A stretch of DNA of 64,000 nucleotides, taken from assembly GCF_009914755.1 (NCBI RefSeq), contig NC_060934.1. One strand, written 5' to 3'. This DNA is from the human T2T-CHM13v2.0 reference genome, Homo sapiens. Both the position numbers and the translations under genes were made by a program. Position 1 is the stretch's first letter; every line of letters begins with the position of its first letter. The notes beneath the pieces are model-generated. The model had not been told where the DNA came from, searched no databases, and was given only the letters and a program-made list of their open reading frames with translations. Positions 19,851 to 36,536 of the stretch are shown here, piece after piece.

Positions 19851-20464
19851 ATGGCTCATTTTTTAACACATTGAGTTTGAGATCGCTGTGAGGCCACCTA
19901 GAGACTTCCCAGGGGTAGTTAGGTCTATCCTTGAAAAACATAAACTTGTTGTAACAGCTTTGGGCTATTTTAAAATACCGTAGTGTAAACACTCTGAGTA
20001 TCTCTACCCTAAGGACGGGCAGTTGCACCTGGAGTGGTTCCATGGCATCATGGAAGACCCAGGTTCTTTCTTGTCTTCTGCCGCCATCCCTAGATTGTTT
20101 GTTTTTCTTTGCAGGCTCCTGCTCTCATGCTCACAGGATGGTGACAGCACCATTGGGCATCCCCTCCTCACCCAACAATGACCAAAAGCCAAGTTCATGC
20201 ACTATCTTCCTTATTTTCCTACTTGAAAGCAAAGTCAGTTTTGCCAACTACACTCACAGATGGTTAGTTAGTCACTGAAGGACCCTAATCGGGAACCTGC
20301 ACCCAGAGGGGGCTACAGTGTTTCACAGGAGGCTAGCGGAACCTAAACCAGAGGGTTTGCGAATTAGCATAAGAGACTTGGGACACCATTTTTTCACTTG
20401 TGAGAACAACAGTATTCAAGAGACGTGACTGACCGGCATCTTTCCCTTTGCAAAATGAAGTATA

Positions 20465-20703
20465 AGAGGCCGAGGCAGGCAGATCACCTGAGGCCGGGAG
20501 TTCGAGACCAGCCTGGCCAACATGGTGAAACCCTGTCTCTACTAAAAAGTACATAAATTAGCTGGGCATGGTTGCACACACCTGTAATCTCAGCTACTGG
20601 AAAGGCTGAGGCAGGAGAATAGCTCGAACATGGGAGGCAGAGGTTGCAGTGAGCCAAGATTGTGCCACTGCACTACAGCCTGGGAGACAGAGTGAAACTC
20701 TGT

Positions 20704-20755
<52 letters not shown>
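20465..20755 (+). mobile_element. 5'-truncated AluS with (CA)n microsatellite tail (20705-20752)
   Basis: Alu body followed by a pure CA repeat. Confidence 0.9.
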
Positions 20756-20758
<3 letters not shown>

Positions 20759-20921
20759 AACATGTCACATTCAAATGACCAAGTCCTCTACAGAAGCATG
20801 ATGGATCTTGAACCTCATTTGGTCCTTTACCCCCATTTGATTAGAAGACTTGATGGCTTTGCCATTCGAGTACTGTTGTATTCCTATATGTTAATTTATT
20901 CATGCAATGAGCTACTATTTA

Positions 20922-21346
<425 letters not shown>

Positions 21347-24300
21347 CTATTGCAACGTATCACCAGGGAGCAAGCTGTAGGAGGACAGACATGTAGCCCC
21401 CACGTGCCTCTAATTGTTAGAGGCTACCAATATTTGCTTCATGGTTTTGAAGGGTGAAAATACCTCAGGCCTATTTGCAACATCACTGCACCAAGTCACT
21501 TCTGCCTATAGAGACGCAAGTCTTACGCAGCCAGGTCAGAAGGGTTCCGGCAAAAACTCAGTCAAAAGGGCTGTCTTTCCTAAAGACAGCACTTCCGGAA
21601 CTCTCAGAAAAGACCTGGGGATGAAAGCCATCTGGGAGATCCATCACCTCCCCAAGTACCAGGATCTAAGCCACTGGTGACCTTGTTCCCTTACTGTCTC
21701 AAGTCTGACCCCACCTAAAGCATCCAGCTTGGTCAAAAAGGAAAACGATTTCCAGATAGAGAGGAATTATTACTGTTTAGGGGTATACAGATTGCTGCTT
21801 AAGGTATACACATTATTATTACTGCTTAAGGGTATACACATTGCTGTCCCCATTCAAGAGCCTCCTTAGACCGGGTTTCACCCTTTATTCGGCCTCTGTG
21901 TCTATGATTTTCTTGTACCACTATTCACAGTCAGGAGCGTGGTCAGGAATTCCTGGTGGCCTGCAACTTCCCATCTCTACTGCTGCCTTTCTTCCCACCT
22001 TGAGCTGGTATACCAGAAAGCAGATGGGTGAGAGTGGTTTTACAAAAGAGATAACTTTGAATTAACTCTAGGTGTTCATATAAACAGTTTGCACTTTTAC
22101 ACGATCATGCATTGTTTTATATCAAAAATTCCTTAAGTTTTAAAAGTCAACTTCTCATTTGCAAATAGCCCTGCACTAATTATAATTAATAAGTTATGTG
22201 AGGCACATCTTACTACCCTTTTTTGTTGAGATTTGATGTTTTAAGTTACAGGACTGTGCACGTAACTCATTTGCCGGGAAGTTTCTCCTTTAGGATGGGC
22301 AATCAAATCCTGCCTATGTGCTTAGGTTCCAACAGTTGCCTCAGTTGTCATTTTCCACTTAACTGAACACGAAACACACACAAACCAGCTTTTCAGAACA
22401 AGATCATAAACACCTCCCACGGCATTTTGATGTCCTTTGTGGAGGATTCCCCTTCCTCTAACTGCCTAAAATTTCCAACCTCCGGCCTTCCCTGGTGCAG
22501 AATTACAAAACCAAGTGTCAATCTTATATTGGAAAAAGTGTTAACTTGAGGAGCCATATTTTCTTTGGAAAGGAGGAACTGCAAGTGGAAAACTAAAAGC
22601 AGTTCAGATCAGGTTAACCATGTCTGTGGCTGGAAAAAGAAATCTCTAATTTCCCATAATTGATGTAGCACATCCATTCAACCAGCCCCTGTGGTTCCTA
22701 GACCGTAAGACATTTTAAAGTTTCCAACATACCCAGTGAGTGGAATAGTGAAATTATTATTTTTTAACTGATGCACAACTGCAAGTTATTTCATCAAGAG
22801 ACTGGAAATTTCAGCTATACACACGTAGGTATTTTAGAAAAATGGGTCTTGTCAATAAGTTGAAATCTCCCCAGTGACTCTTTGGGTAGGCACTCTAGGC
22901 CACTGCCGATGAAGGACGTCAACCCTGAACTTGCATTTTCTACCTGTGAAAATTGAAGGCAAAGGAACAACCAGGTCCTGGGCAGATTGGTAGATTTTTC
23001 TCTGACAAGCTGGAAATAAGTGCTGCTCAAAGATATGGGTCGACCTCTTCCCTTTGACTCTCTCTCCCCCAATATATCAATACCTACTCACAGAACATGC
23101 CCTATTTCTAACTGAATTGGAAATGCAATGGTAACCTCACTTGAAAATAAACGGTGCTTTAAAATTTGGTTAAATTATTCCCTCATCTTTTATGTCTTAG
23201 CTTGGAATATAAGTCGATGCCTTTCATCTCTGAATTGTCTGAAAATTTTGCATTCTTGCCACTCTCTGCAGTCTTTTATGGAGAGTTGCCAATAGCCAAA
23301 TCTGCACCATGTAAATTTTCATGGTTTATGAGAGCTATCCATTTATTGCATTCTAAGAGAAGCCAAGAAGCTGCCTCTCTCTTTTCCGGTTGGGATGCAA
23401 CTAAATATCCAGATTGGAAAATTCTTGACTGGGTATATCATGCACGATCATGCCACTGTGTTTAACATCTTTTGAAAGTAGAAAGCTGGCATAAGAAGTG
23501 ATCAGGGCTGAAATGGAATGGAATGGGATTCTCACTAGGCCACTCAAATATCTTCTGTGTTTGTGGAAGGAGGGACAGTCAGTAATTTTGCTCAGGAGAA
23601 TAAAAAGGAACTAGAAAATTAATGTTTGATTGCAATAATCTATTATTTACCATATATTTTAAAATGTTGATGTCAAACAATATGTTTAACAGAGACCTTC
23701 ACTAATAGGGCATTTGTTTTTGTAGGTAGGCTAAAATTCTCTCATCTTCTGTTCAGGCCCATAGGGAAAGGTAGGGAAGGTTTCATTCTAAAGAAATGCA
23801 GGAAAAATGGTTTGTACCAGAAAATGGAAATATAGCCCAGCAGAGCTGATCCCAGTAGAGCTGATCCCAGTAATGCTATTAGATAAGGGGGATGCAGAGT
23901 GCAGGTAGGATGATGGGTGATGGGTGATTACACATGAGTTTATAATAGGCTTCCAAGCAGCACTGACATCTGCAGATGGTACCCCCAAGTCTTGGCTTCT
24001 AGACAACTTCAAGACATTGAAATAAAAATCAATATATTGAATATCATTTACCTATAGAGGTGAACAAGAGTTCCAAGAGCTTTTCTGTTAATAGATATCC
24101 GAGGAGTCTCTCAGACACCCAATTTCAATTAAGATGGCTTCAGGGGAACATGTTTTGGATCTGCTTCTAACTAAGGAACTGAAACTAAATTAATGAAATG
24201 ATCCTAGGTATTAGAAAAGACTGTGCCAAGAAAAGACAAAGGATGGGCATGGAGCCTAGACAAGGAGAGCAAAGGAAAAGTTATTTAGTTATTTGCAGCA

Positions 24301-24429
24301 TGAGTTCTGCACAGCCCATAGAAGTTATGTCTGACCTGTTGACCTGAGTTTCCCATGCTGCTTGGAGGGTTATCATTAGAGTGGAAATGGATTAGATGCT
24401 TAGTAGCCTCACGGAGTTCCAGTTTCCTT

Positions 24430-24575
24430 GTCAGGTAGAACAATAGGAGGTGAGTTCAGAGAGGTACTTTGTATTGGATTTGTGGGCCACTGTAGGGATT
24501 TGATTTTTACTCTGAGGGAAATAGGGAGCATTTGGAGGGTTTTGAGCAGAAGAGTGAGTGGGATTATCAGGAACT
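24430..24575 (-). mobile_element. L2 fragment
   Basis: gggccactgtaggga...ttttactctgag...ttggagggttttgagcagaagagtga. Confidence 0.7.
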
Positions 24576-24699
24576 GATATTGTAAGAGGACTAGCAGGAT
24601 CAAATGAGCTAGTACTCATTTGATGATCAATGAGTGGTACTTATAATGGCCATAGCTCAGTGATGCTATCAAAGTAGCCCCTCTTCACCAAGACTGATT

Positions 24700-26665
<1,966 letters not shown>

Positions 26666-26829
26666 TGAATCACTCTCCTTCCTCTAAGTCCATGCTTTCC
26701 AACAAATTTTTGGTTATCATTTCGCTTTACTGGTGATTTTCCAATGGGGAGAATACGTGGCTCAGTCAGCGCAACCCTACCCATTAGTGCTCAAAGCTTA
26801 CAACTAAATGAGCATTCTGACTTACGCAT

Positions 26830-27148
26830 CAGGCTCTTGTAAACTATCTCTCACCTCATCTTCCTGCTGTCCCTATTAGGTTTATTACCATGGCCTTGAT
26901 GCTCCAACCTTCCTGACTCTAATCCATCCTACACCTACCCATGACTTTGCCCCTGCTAAGTGGACAGTAACTACAGATGTTGTCCCCACTGTGTGTTATT
27001 GGTTCTATTCTAACACACAGTGCTTGCCTTGAGCCCCTGTGTCCCATGTGTCACTAAAACAGGAAGATAAAATCAAATTGACCCTGCTGTATCCAGCAAC
27101 ACAGGGAGTCTCTATTCTCTCAGAGAAAGCCGACTGACAAAACTGTGT
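26830..27148 (+). repeat. Direct local duplication B, copy 1; pairs with 30578-30915
   Basis: Shared acccatg.ctttgc.cctgc.aagtggaca, tgtgttattggttctatt, tgcttgccttgag, ctaaaacag.aagataaaatcaaa. Confidence 0.85.
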
Positions 27149-27264
27149 TTGGAGACAGCAGTGCTGAGGCTCAGACGCTCAGTAACCACCAGAGCCTGTG
27201 AATCTTCAGGCCACTGCTGGGGTGCTAGGATGGCTTGGTTACCACTTCTCTGCCCAGTTGCTAA

Positions 27265-27648
<384 letters not shown>

Positions 27649-28206
27649 ACAATTGGCTCTTTATTTAAAAACCCCAGAAATGATTTCCCAAACTACAATT
27701 ACTATCTCTTCCTATGTGAGGCTGGCTACTCCCAGTTCAAGTACAAGCTAGATGGAACTTACAACTGCTATAGGAAGACATTCTCAAACTACCAAACTAC
27801 TCTGAAACTTTTAGTTGCTTAGTGTGTGAACTCTCCCTTTCTCACACTGCGTACATCACTGGGAGAGAGAGGAGTGAAACAGCACCATTCAACTTGGCTG
27901 GGTGCAGTGTTAAGTTGGATTCGCAATTAGAACAGAAAAAGATCGAAGCCCCTGTATTCTAGTCTTCCCCTGTCTTCTTCCCAAGGCTGAACATGGAGTG
28001 CCGTCCTGTGTTTGTATTCCATCCGGTGCTGAGCCATAAGCCCTCTCATACTGCATTGATTCTGCCTGTTTACCCAATGGAACTTCCCACTAGAACATCA
28101 GCAACCTCACAGATTGAGTCACAATCATCAGTGTTTCCCCAGGGCTAATGCTATCCTCACATGGAGGAAGAGCATAATAACTACTGACTAAAAAAATAAA
28201 CAGCAG

Positions 28207-28556
<350 letters not shown>

Positions 28557-29314
28557 TCAATGATATGACACTTCAACTACAAGACCACTAAGAAGGGGAA
28601 AAGTTATCATTAAGAGGTACTAACAATTATAAGACACATTCCCATTTTAGGGTTGTTATCACTTTGGTTTCAGGTCTGGAACAGAAAAGAGATGAATACA
28701 AAAAGTTGAAGACTGATCAATAGCATTTCTTCAATACAGACATGTGCGCTCATCACTAAACCAAACAAAAATGTTTCATATTTGCTTAGTTTGTTTAGCT
28801 TCATTACCTCAAGCTTTCTCTCTTGAACCAGATATTGTTTCCAATATAAATGAGCCACCCTCCTGTCTGAACATCAGGTAACTGAAGATAGAGAGAGGGG
28901 CTTGTCCCCATTTCTTACCTTATGTCTGAGGCTGAACTAAAAAAAAAAAAAAAAAAAAAAAAAAAAGATTATTTGTGGCCTCTACAGAGGCAGCTTAAAT
29001 AATGAGGATCAGTGCATCCAAAAGGGAAATATTTTTCCGCCAGGCAAGATTGTAATAAAAGCATCTCATTCATCATCTGCTAAGGGAAAACATGCCATTG
29101 CAAAGTCACTTGGTAATGAAAAATCTGGGCAGTTCTAAGCCACTTTTAATCAGAAGATCTCAAAGCAATCCCCCACACTGCCAGCGGCAAAGCTTTGTCA
29201 CTCACAGGATGCAAAATGGACATCTTCTGTGGTGTTATATACCATGAAGCTATGGTAGAAAAGGGTAAAGCATATGAATAAAAACAAATAATAATAGTTA
29301 TTGAATATCATTAA

Positions 29315-29600
29315 GAGGAGTTGGTTACTGGATACAAAAGTACAGTTAGAAGGAACAAATTCGAGTATTCGATAGTACGGTGGAGAAGTTATAGTTAACA
29401 ATAATTTATTGTGTATTTCAAAATAGCTAGAAGACAGGAATTGTAATGTTCTCAACACAGGGAAAAGGTAAGTGTTTGAGGTGGTAGATATCCCAGTTAC
29501 CCTGATTTAATTACACATTTATACATGTATACATACCCCAAAAAATATACAACTGTGATATATCAATTAAAATAACAACAAATAAAAATAAATTAAAAAA
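29315..29600 (+). mobile_element. L1MA 3'-end fragment
   Basis: tagttaacaataatttattgtgtatttcaaaatagctagaaga; flanking aaaaacaaataataat repeat. Confidence 0.8.
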
Positions 29601-29649
29601 CAAATAATAATTATATCGACATCAACATATAAATACATGGAATTAATTT

Positions 29650-29778
29650 ATTCATTTTTGTAGAGATGAACCTTCGTTATGTTGCCCAGGCTGGTCTCAA
29701 ACTTCTGGTCTCAAGTGATTCTCCCTCCTTGGCTTTCCAAAGCTCTGGGTGACAGGCATGAGCCACTATGCCCAGCCA
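29650..29778 (-). mobile_element. FLAM/Alu left monomer
   Basis: ttgcccaggctggtctcaaact...gagccactatgcccagcc. Confidence 0.85.
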
Positions 29779-29879
29779 ATATGTATGATATTTAAATGTG
29801 ATTGAGTATCAAGCGAGATCACATATGAATAGTTGATCCTAAATCCTCAAACACTACACAATTAATTAGTAGTAGAAGC

Positions 29880-30430
<551 letters not shown>

Positions 30431-30577
30431 TAGCTCTCGGTGTTTGAACTAGAATAGATGCCCATTTACCCACATCAGGCCCTCTTCCTGCACCTCCTGG
30501 CACTTGATTTCAGTGTTTGCATTGCATCACTGCTTCCCTCCCTGCCTGGTTTGGACCGCACAGTCAACTGCCGCGTG

Positions 30578-30915
30578 TCCTGCCTCATGGAGCCCCTCCC
30601 ACTTTATCTCCCTGTTGTTCCTGTCTGGATTGTTACAATGTCCTCTCTGCTCCGGGCTTCCCAACTGTAATCCATCCTACGCTGTGGACCACCCATGGCT
30701 TTGCTCCTGCCAAGTGGACACTAAACATGGATGTGGCCCCATTTTGTGTTATTGGTTCTATTTGAATTCACATGCTTGCCTTGAGTCCCTGAGTCCCATG
30801 TGCAACTAAAACAGAAAGATAAAATCAAAGTAACCCTTTGTTCTTGCGGCTGTCTTCAGTAATATAAGGTGGGTCTGCATTGCTCAACAGAAAGTCTTCC
30901 GGTTCATTAAAACTG
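30578..30915 (+). repeat. Direct local duplication B, copy 2
   Basis: Aligns to 26830-27148. Confidence 0.85.
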
Positions 30916-32215
30916 TACATCATTGGTACCATAAATATCCAACAAATATCAACTTGGCCATGAATTCTAATCAGCTACCTATAATACTACCAAAAATATC
31001 TTAATCTGGATGTGGCTATACACTGAAAATTTTGGTTTTTGCTGGTTGGTTATGGGCTTTGGTTTAGTGGTGCTAGAAAAAAACATAGCAGTTTTTGCTG
31101 TGACAGAGGATATGGTAAAACTCTCTGTCCAATTTCAGAATGCAGACGACAGACCCAAGCTTCAGTCATTTCATATAAACCTGCAGGGTGTCAAATGAAA
31201 CTATTTTTTAAATGATGTTTTAACCCTATCTTTGCTGGTTGGCTGTGTTCTTGCTAAGGAGGCTTCTTAGATTCTGTGAAGCAAGCCAGACCAAAAAATA
31301 ATTTGTTAAACGGATGTGGAAAAATGATTTAAAAAATCAGAATACTTTAGTGATGGATCCCCAAAGACTTCTCAGTTTTTTAAGTCTGGTCCTAAGCTAC
31401 TTGGCTAGGAAATGACCAAAAATGGTCAAGAGATATCTTTGGAGTGTACCTTTTAGAAAACCTTTCCTCTACACTGCATCTGCAAACTGGGATTACCGGG
31501 AACTTTGAAATAATTGTACAGCTCCATCTAATCAGAATACTCAACAATTAAAATTCACTGATGCCAAAAATGGAAAGAAAATAAGTAAATAACTCTTAAG
31601 AGCAGTGGCACCATTTTTTTTTAAATAACTTCCTCCTCCTGCCTTCAACTCTCAGAAGATTATCACAAAAACATCCATATTATGAATAGTTTCATAGGTC
31701 AGTTCCCTTCCGTACCACTAGGCATACACTGATGATCATTTCCAAATTTTTCCAGACTGCTTTGATATCATGTGATTCATTTTGAGTAGAGGCAGTTTTG
31801 TGAATTCCCTAGCCAAACTTTTTAGATTGTGGATTTTCATATAAATAAATTGACAGACCGGTGGGGGTGGAGGGGGAAATAGAAAAAGGAAAAAAATGTT
31901 TTTGTAAACTATCTTACTCCTAATCTGTTATTGAGTGAGCCATTTTTGGCTCTAAGGCACCCTAGCCCGTTAATTCAAGGTTACCTTCGGTCATTGCCAT
32001 GGCTCCAGTGCTTATTATCATTGCCTCATCCACATCTTTTGAGAACACTCTGAGAATCTACACGGCTTTAACACACTTCTTCGCACTAGTGAGAACGCCC
32101 GCAATGCCTTATTCAGTAAGGTTAAATGAGTTTGTTTGCTGAAACATTCGCCACATGATCCCAACGCTCCTCCAGCTCCATCCCGTCTATAATCGCAGAG
32201 CGAACACTCACTCAC

Positions 32216-32626
32216 CTTGGGCGTGTCAATAATTGATGGTCTGGGGATGGAAGCGTGAAACACCACTGCTTCACAGTCCGCCCCATCATCCAGGGACCCG
32301 GGCACATCTTCAGGCGTCTCCGCGGGCTGGGCCGCAGTGCGGTGACTTGAATTCCGATTCGCACTGCCATTTCTCTCTGCATGGGTGCTCGAATCTTGCC
32401 TTTTCTCTGGAGCTCCTTCTGCGCTTGGGTGTCTTGGCTGTCTGCCTGCTTTGGCCACAGGCTGCACACGGACGGTGGAATGAGTATCAGCCACGCCGGA
32501 CTGATTGAAGGAAGCACTCTCCCTCGTATTCCCAAAACAGGCGAGCAGAGCTGAGCACGGAAATGGATGCATGCTTCTAGAGGGAGACTTCAGTCTTTTG
32601 GTGAGTCTTGCTTTCCACGTGGACAT
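32216..32626 (-). CDS. Probable first coding exon (137 codons, phase 0) of a large minus-strand gene; MSTWKARLTKRLKSP...SIIDTPK
   Basis: Longest non-repeat ORF in the window; ATG in gtcATGt context; consensus donor AAG|GTGAGT in frame after Lys137; CpG-rich relative to flanks; no repeats. Gene not recognised. Confidence 0.8.
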
Positions 32627-33244
32627 GACTTGCAGTGAATCATTGCAAAGTTCAAACGGGGCAAGGAAATTTTCCAGGGGTCCACATCACCTCCACTTTG
32701 CTTATAGGAACTCTTTCCAATTGCCCGAAGAGAAGAACTTGCTAGTGGTTGCCCCTAAATAGAAGTTGGGATGGCAAGGCCACCTTCCCTGAGAGTCACT
32801 TAGCCGCTGGGGCCCCTTTGAAAGTGTCCATCCTGGGCAATTTCGCGCTCTTCCTTCTGTGATGCTGTCAGTGGCTAAAGAAAGCTGTTGGGGAGGCATG
32901 TGAGTGGCTCCGGTTACAGTTCCTAGGCAGGGCAGACGCTTCAGGGTAGGGTAGTGCCAAGTCAATAGACAATTGCTTCAGGTTACCTAGGAGGCATAAA
33001 GATAATGTAGCCTGATAGCATCTGCCATAACAGCGTCAGCCTGCGTATCAATAACATCATAACAGCAGCAAAACCTTCTTTGGTTACCCCCCTTCAAATA
33101 TTTATTCCCCCAAACAAAACAAAAACGACCCAGTTGTCCATCACAAATGAAGACCCCTAGAAGGGCCACGACCCTAGCAGCTGTTTCATTATTAAAATAG
33201 GAGGTAGACTCAATCTTTCGCCTGGAGAGATGCTGTGTGATGTG

Positions 33245-33367
33245 TTTTCTGAATCTTTCTGGACTTTTCGGGATCTTTCCGGAATCTTCCCGGAATCTTC
33301 CCCCCACCCTCAAAACAAGTTTCCTGGTTTCAGGATCCACATTGCCTTTTCTGATAACTATAAATAG
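33245..33367 (-). promoter_or_regulatory. Candidate promoter/enhancer: tandem STAT/NF-kB/ETS-like array, CACCC box, GATA and MEF2 sites
   Basis: TTCCCGGAA 33287-33295, GGAATCTTCC x2, ccccaccc 33302, TGATAA 33352-33357, CTATAAATAG 33358-33367. Confidence 0.5.
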
Positions 33368-34453
33368 GTCTTTGGTAATTTGATTTTTTTTTTTTTACTA
33401 GCTAGGCTAAGTTCTTGATTAGTTTTCAACAATACCAAAAAGAAAAAAGAGAGCCCTACATTAACAATTATCCTTATGTATTATGTTATTATGTGTGGAG
33501 GTATTATGTACATGTGAAGTATTCTACCTATATGGTATATATCACCTACTTTCAGAAAGTAACTCCTTTTTGAACATAGATCTTCTGTTTCTCAACACAT
33601 TAATATGTGAATGGTGAAAAATAATAAATTATAAACATATTCTAAGACAATTCAGAATCAAGATTTTTCCTTAGCCAACTGTCTGCTAGGAATGTTATAG
33701 AAATGTAATACTGTAATGCTTTTACCGTTAATAGTGATTTTAGGGTCAAGATTTCTGGGCATGTTACCCACTCTTAATTAATTTGTTTGCTCTCTCTTTT
33801 AATTTAATGTCAAGATGTGCTCTTTGGCCCAGACAGGTGGTAGTTATTATATTATGGCACTGATTCCCGTTTTACAGAGGCAGAAACCAATTCTTTGAAA
33901 TTTCATGTGACTAAGGCAAGTTTATGCCACTAAGAAGGGCTTGTTGGGTGCCCGAGATCCCTGTTCTCCTATCTGTCCTCTGAGTCTCATTCTATCTAAC
34001 AATCATTTTATAGATGTAATGGCCATACGGGAAATATTGTTCTAAATGGACAGTCATATTCATAATACAAAAAGGCAGATATGGCTTTAGAATGAGTGGA
34101 TATGGCATCAAATGCACATTTTATTTTAGTCTCTACTGAAAGTTAGAATATAGAAAGCTTCCATTTATTTAGAGGTTACCGTGTGGCAGGCCCCGTGCTA
34201 TCCAAGCTGTTTCTGGCTTCCCAGGGTTGTGAGCTCATTCTTTTTTCATTGTGTCCCAAGTGCAAGCTGTCCAAATTCTCCACCCATAAGAAATCAGGGG
34301 GTTCAGGTTTCTACCAGGGTCCCCCCTCCCAGATATTCCTGGAGACCCCTCGGAACTGCACTTTGTCTCCCATTTGACTTGGTTGCTACAGTCCACTCGG
34401 GTCGGGTCGTGCCATGCTGTGCCCCTCCAAGCACACGTATAGTAAATCGGGGC

Positions 34454-34628
34454 TGTGATGCTGCATAAGACATTTTTGAAGGCTTGGAGGTAACAGGAAG
34501 GGATTTAAGAAAAGAAAAATGCACTCTTACACCTGGTTTCATTCACTCATTCATTTATTCATTCAATTATGTGTCAAGCCCCTTTTGGAACAGAGAGTCA
34601 GCAGTTCACAGTGCAGCTTGCGAGCGGC
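34454..34628 (+). repeat. Donor arm of inverted duplication (copy at 36285-36456)
   Basis: Reverse-complement match of about 92%. Confidence 0.92.
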
Positions 34629-34849
34629 CACATTCAGGAGACCGCTGAGGAAGAAAGCTCAGAGCCACTTTCTAGGTCTGCGGAGGCCCTGGGCTTGCAT
34701 CCGGGCTCTGAGGACCACCTCTCCTCGCTCAGTGGGTGTGCTCAGAGGCACGCATGAACTCATCGGAGTTCCAGCACTGGCCCGCTAAGAACAGTAGACT
34801 TTCTGATTAGTGTGTTGCTAAGTCTGACCTAGAGTAACACTCAGTAACA

Positions 34850-35075
34850 GGCCATGGTTATTGAGTGTTTGGTATCAGACATGAATCTCAGCAAATTAAC
34901 TCATTTAATCCTCACAACCCTAGAAGAAAGGTGATATTATTATTCCCATTTTTACTCATTAGAAAACCAAGACACAGAAACTTAAGTAACTTGCCCAAGG
35001 TCACAGCACTGCTTAAGGAAATGAGAAAAGGTGATGAGTCCAGCAACCTGGCCCCAGAGCTCATACTTTTCTCAG
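34850..35075 (-). mobile_element. MIR
   Basis: tcatttaatcctcacaaccc...ttaagtaacttgcccaaggtcacagc. Confidence 0.85.
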
Positions 35076-35192
35076 TATGCAATCCTGCTTTCCAAAAACA
35101 CACATGCACGTGCACACACACAGATACATACTCCAGAGAGGACATTTCCAATGACCTTGATCCAACACTCTACCTCTAAGAAGTTATTTTGT

Positions 35193-35885
35193 AATGACGA
35201 TCTTTAAAAAGTCAGGAAACAACAGATGCTGGAGAGGATGTGGAGAAATAGGAACACTTTTACACTGTTGGTGGGAGTGTAAATTAGTTCAACCATTGTG
35301 AAAGACAGTGTAGAGATTCCTCAAGGATCTAGAACTAGAAATACCATTTGACCCAGCCATCCCATTACTGGGTATATACCCAAAGGATTATAAATCATGC
35401 TACTATAAAGGCACATGCACACGTATGTTTATTGTGGCACTATTCACAATAGCAAAGACTTGGAACCAACCCATATGTCCACCAACAATAGACTGGATAA
35501 AGAAAATGTGGCACATATATACCATGGAATACTATGCAGCCATAAAAAAGGATGAGTTCATGTCCTTTACATGGACATGGGTGAAGCTGGAAACCATCAT
35601 TCTCAGCAAAATATCACAAGGACAGAAAACCAAACACCGTATGCTCTCACTCATAAGTGGGAGTTGAACAATGAGAACACATGGACACAGGGAGGGGAAC
35701 ATCACATAGCAGGGCCTGTCAGGGGGTGGGGGCTGAGGGAGGGATAGCATCAGGAGAAATACCTAACGTAAATGACGAGCTGATGGGTGCAGCAAACCAA
35801 CACGGCACATGTATACCTATGTAACAAACCTGCACGTTGTGCACATGTACCCTAGAACTTAAGGTATAATAATTTTTTTAAAAAA
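35193..35885 (+). mobile_element. 5'-truncated L1PA (about PA6-8) 3' end
   Basis: ORF2 C-terminus plus 3'UTR; degenerate TSD aagaa.ttatt.tgta. Confidence 0.92.
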
Positions 35886-36010
35886 GAATTTATTCTGTAG
35901 ATATACTTGTGCATAAATGTATGTCCCAGAATGTTCGCAGCACCAGAGTTTGTAATCACAAAATTAATTGTTAATCAATAGAAGACAAGTTCATATATAA
36001 GAAAACATCT

Positions 36011-36495
<485 letters not shown>

Positions 36496-36536
36496 GCAAA
36501 GAGATCACAAAGCATCACAAGACATATGAGAAGAAC

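Noticed and set aside
23841-23872. 15-bp tandem duplication agagctgatcccagt
   Set aside because: Common micro-duplication with no sign of function
28939-28966. Isolated poly(A) run
   Set aside because: No attached retroelement body or TSD seen
32018-32215. C-terminal 65 aa of the 202-aa ORF
   Set aside because: Lies beyond a perfect splice donor; most likely intron read-through
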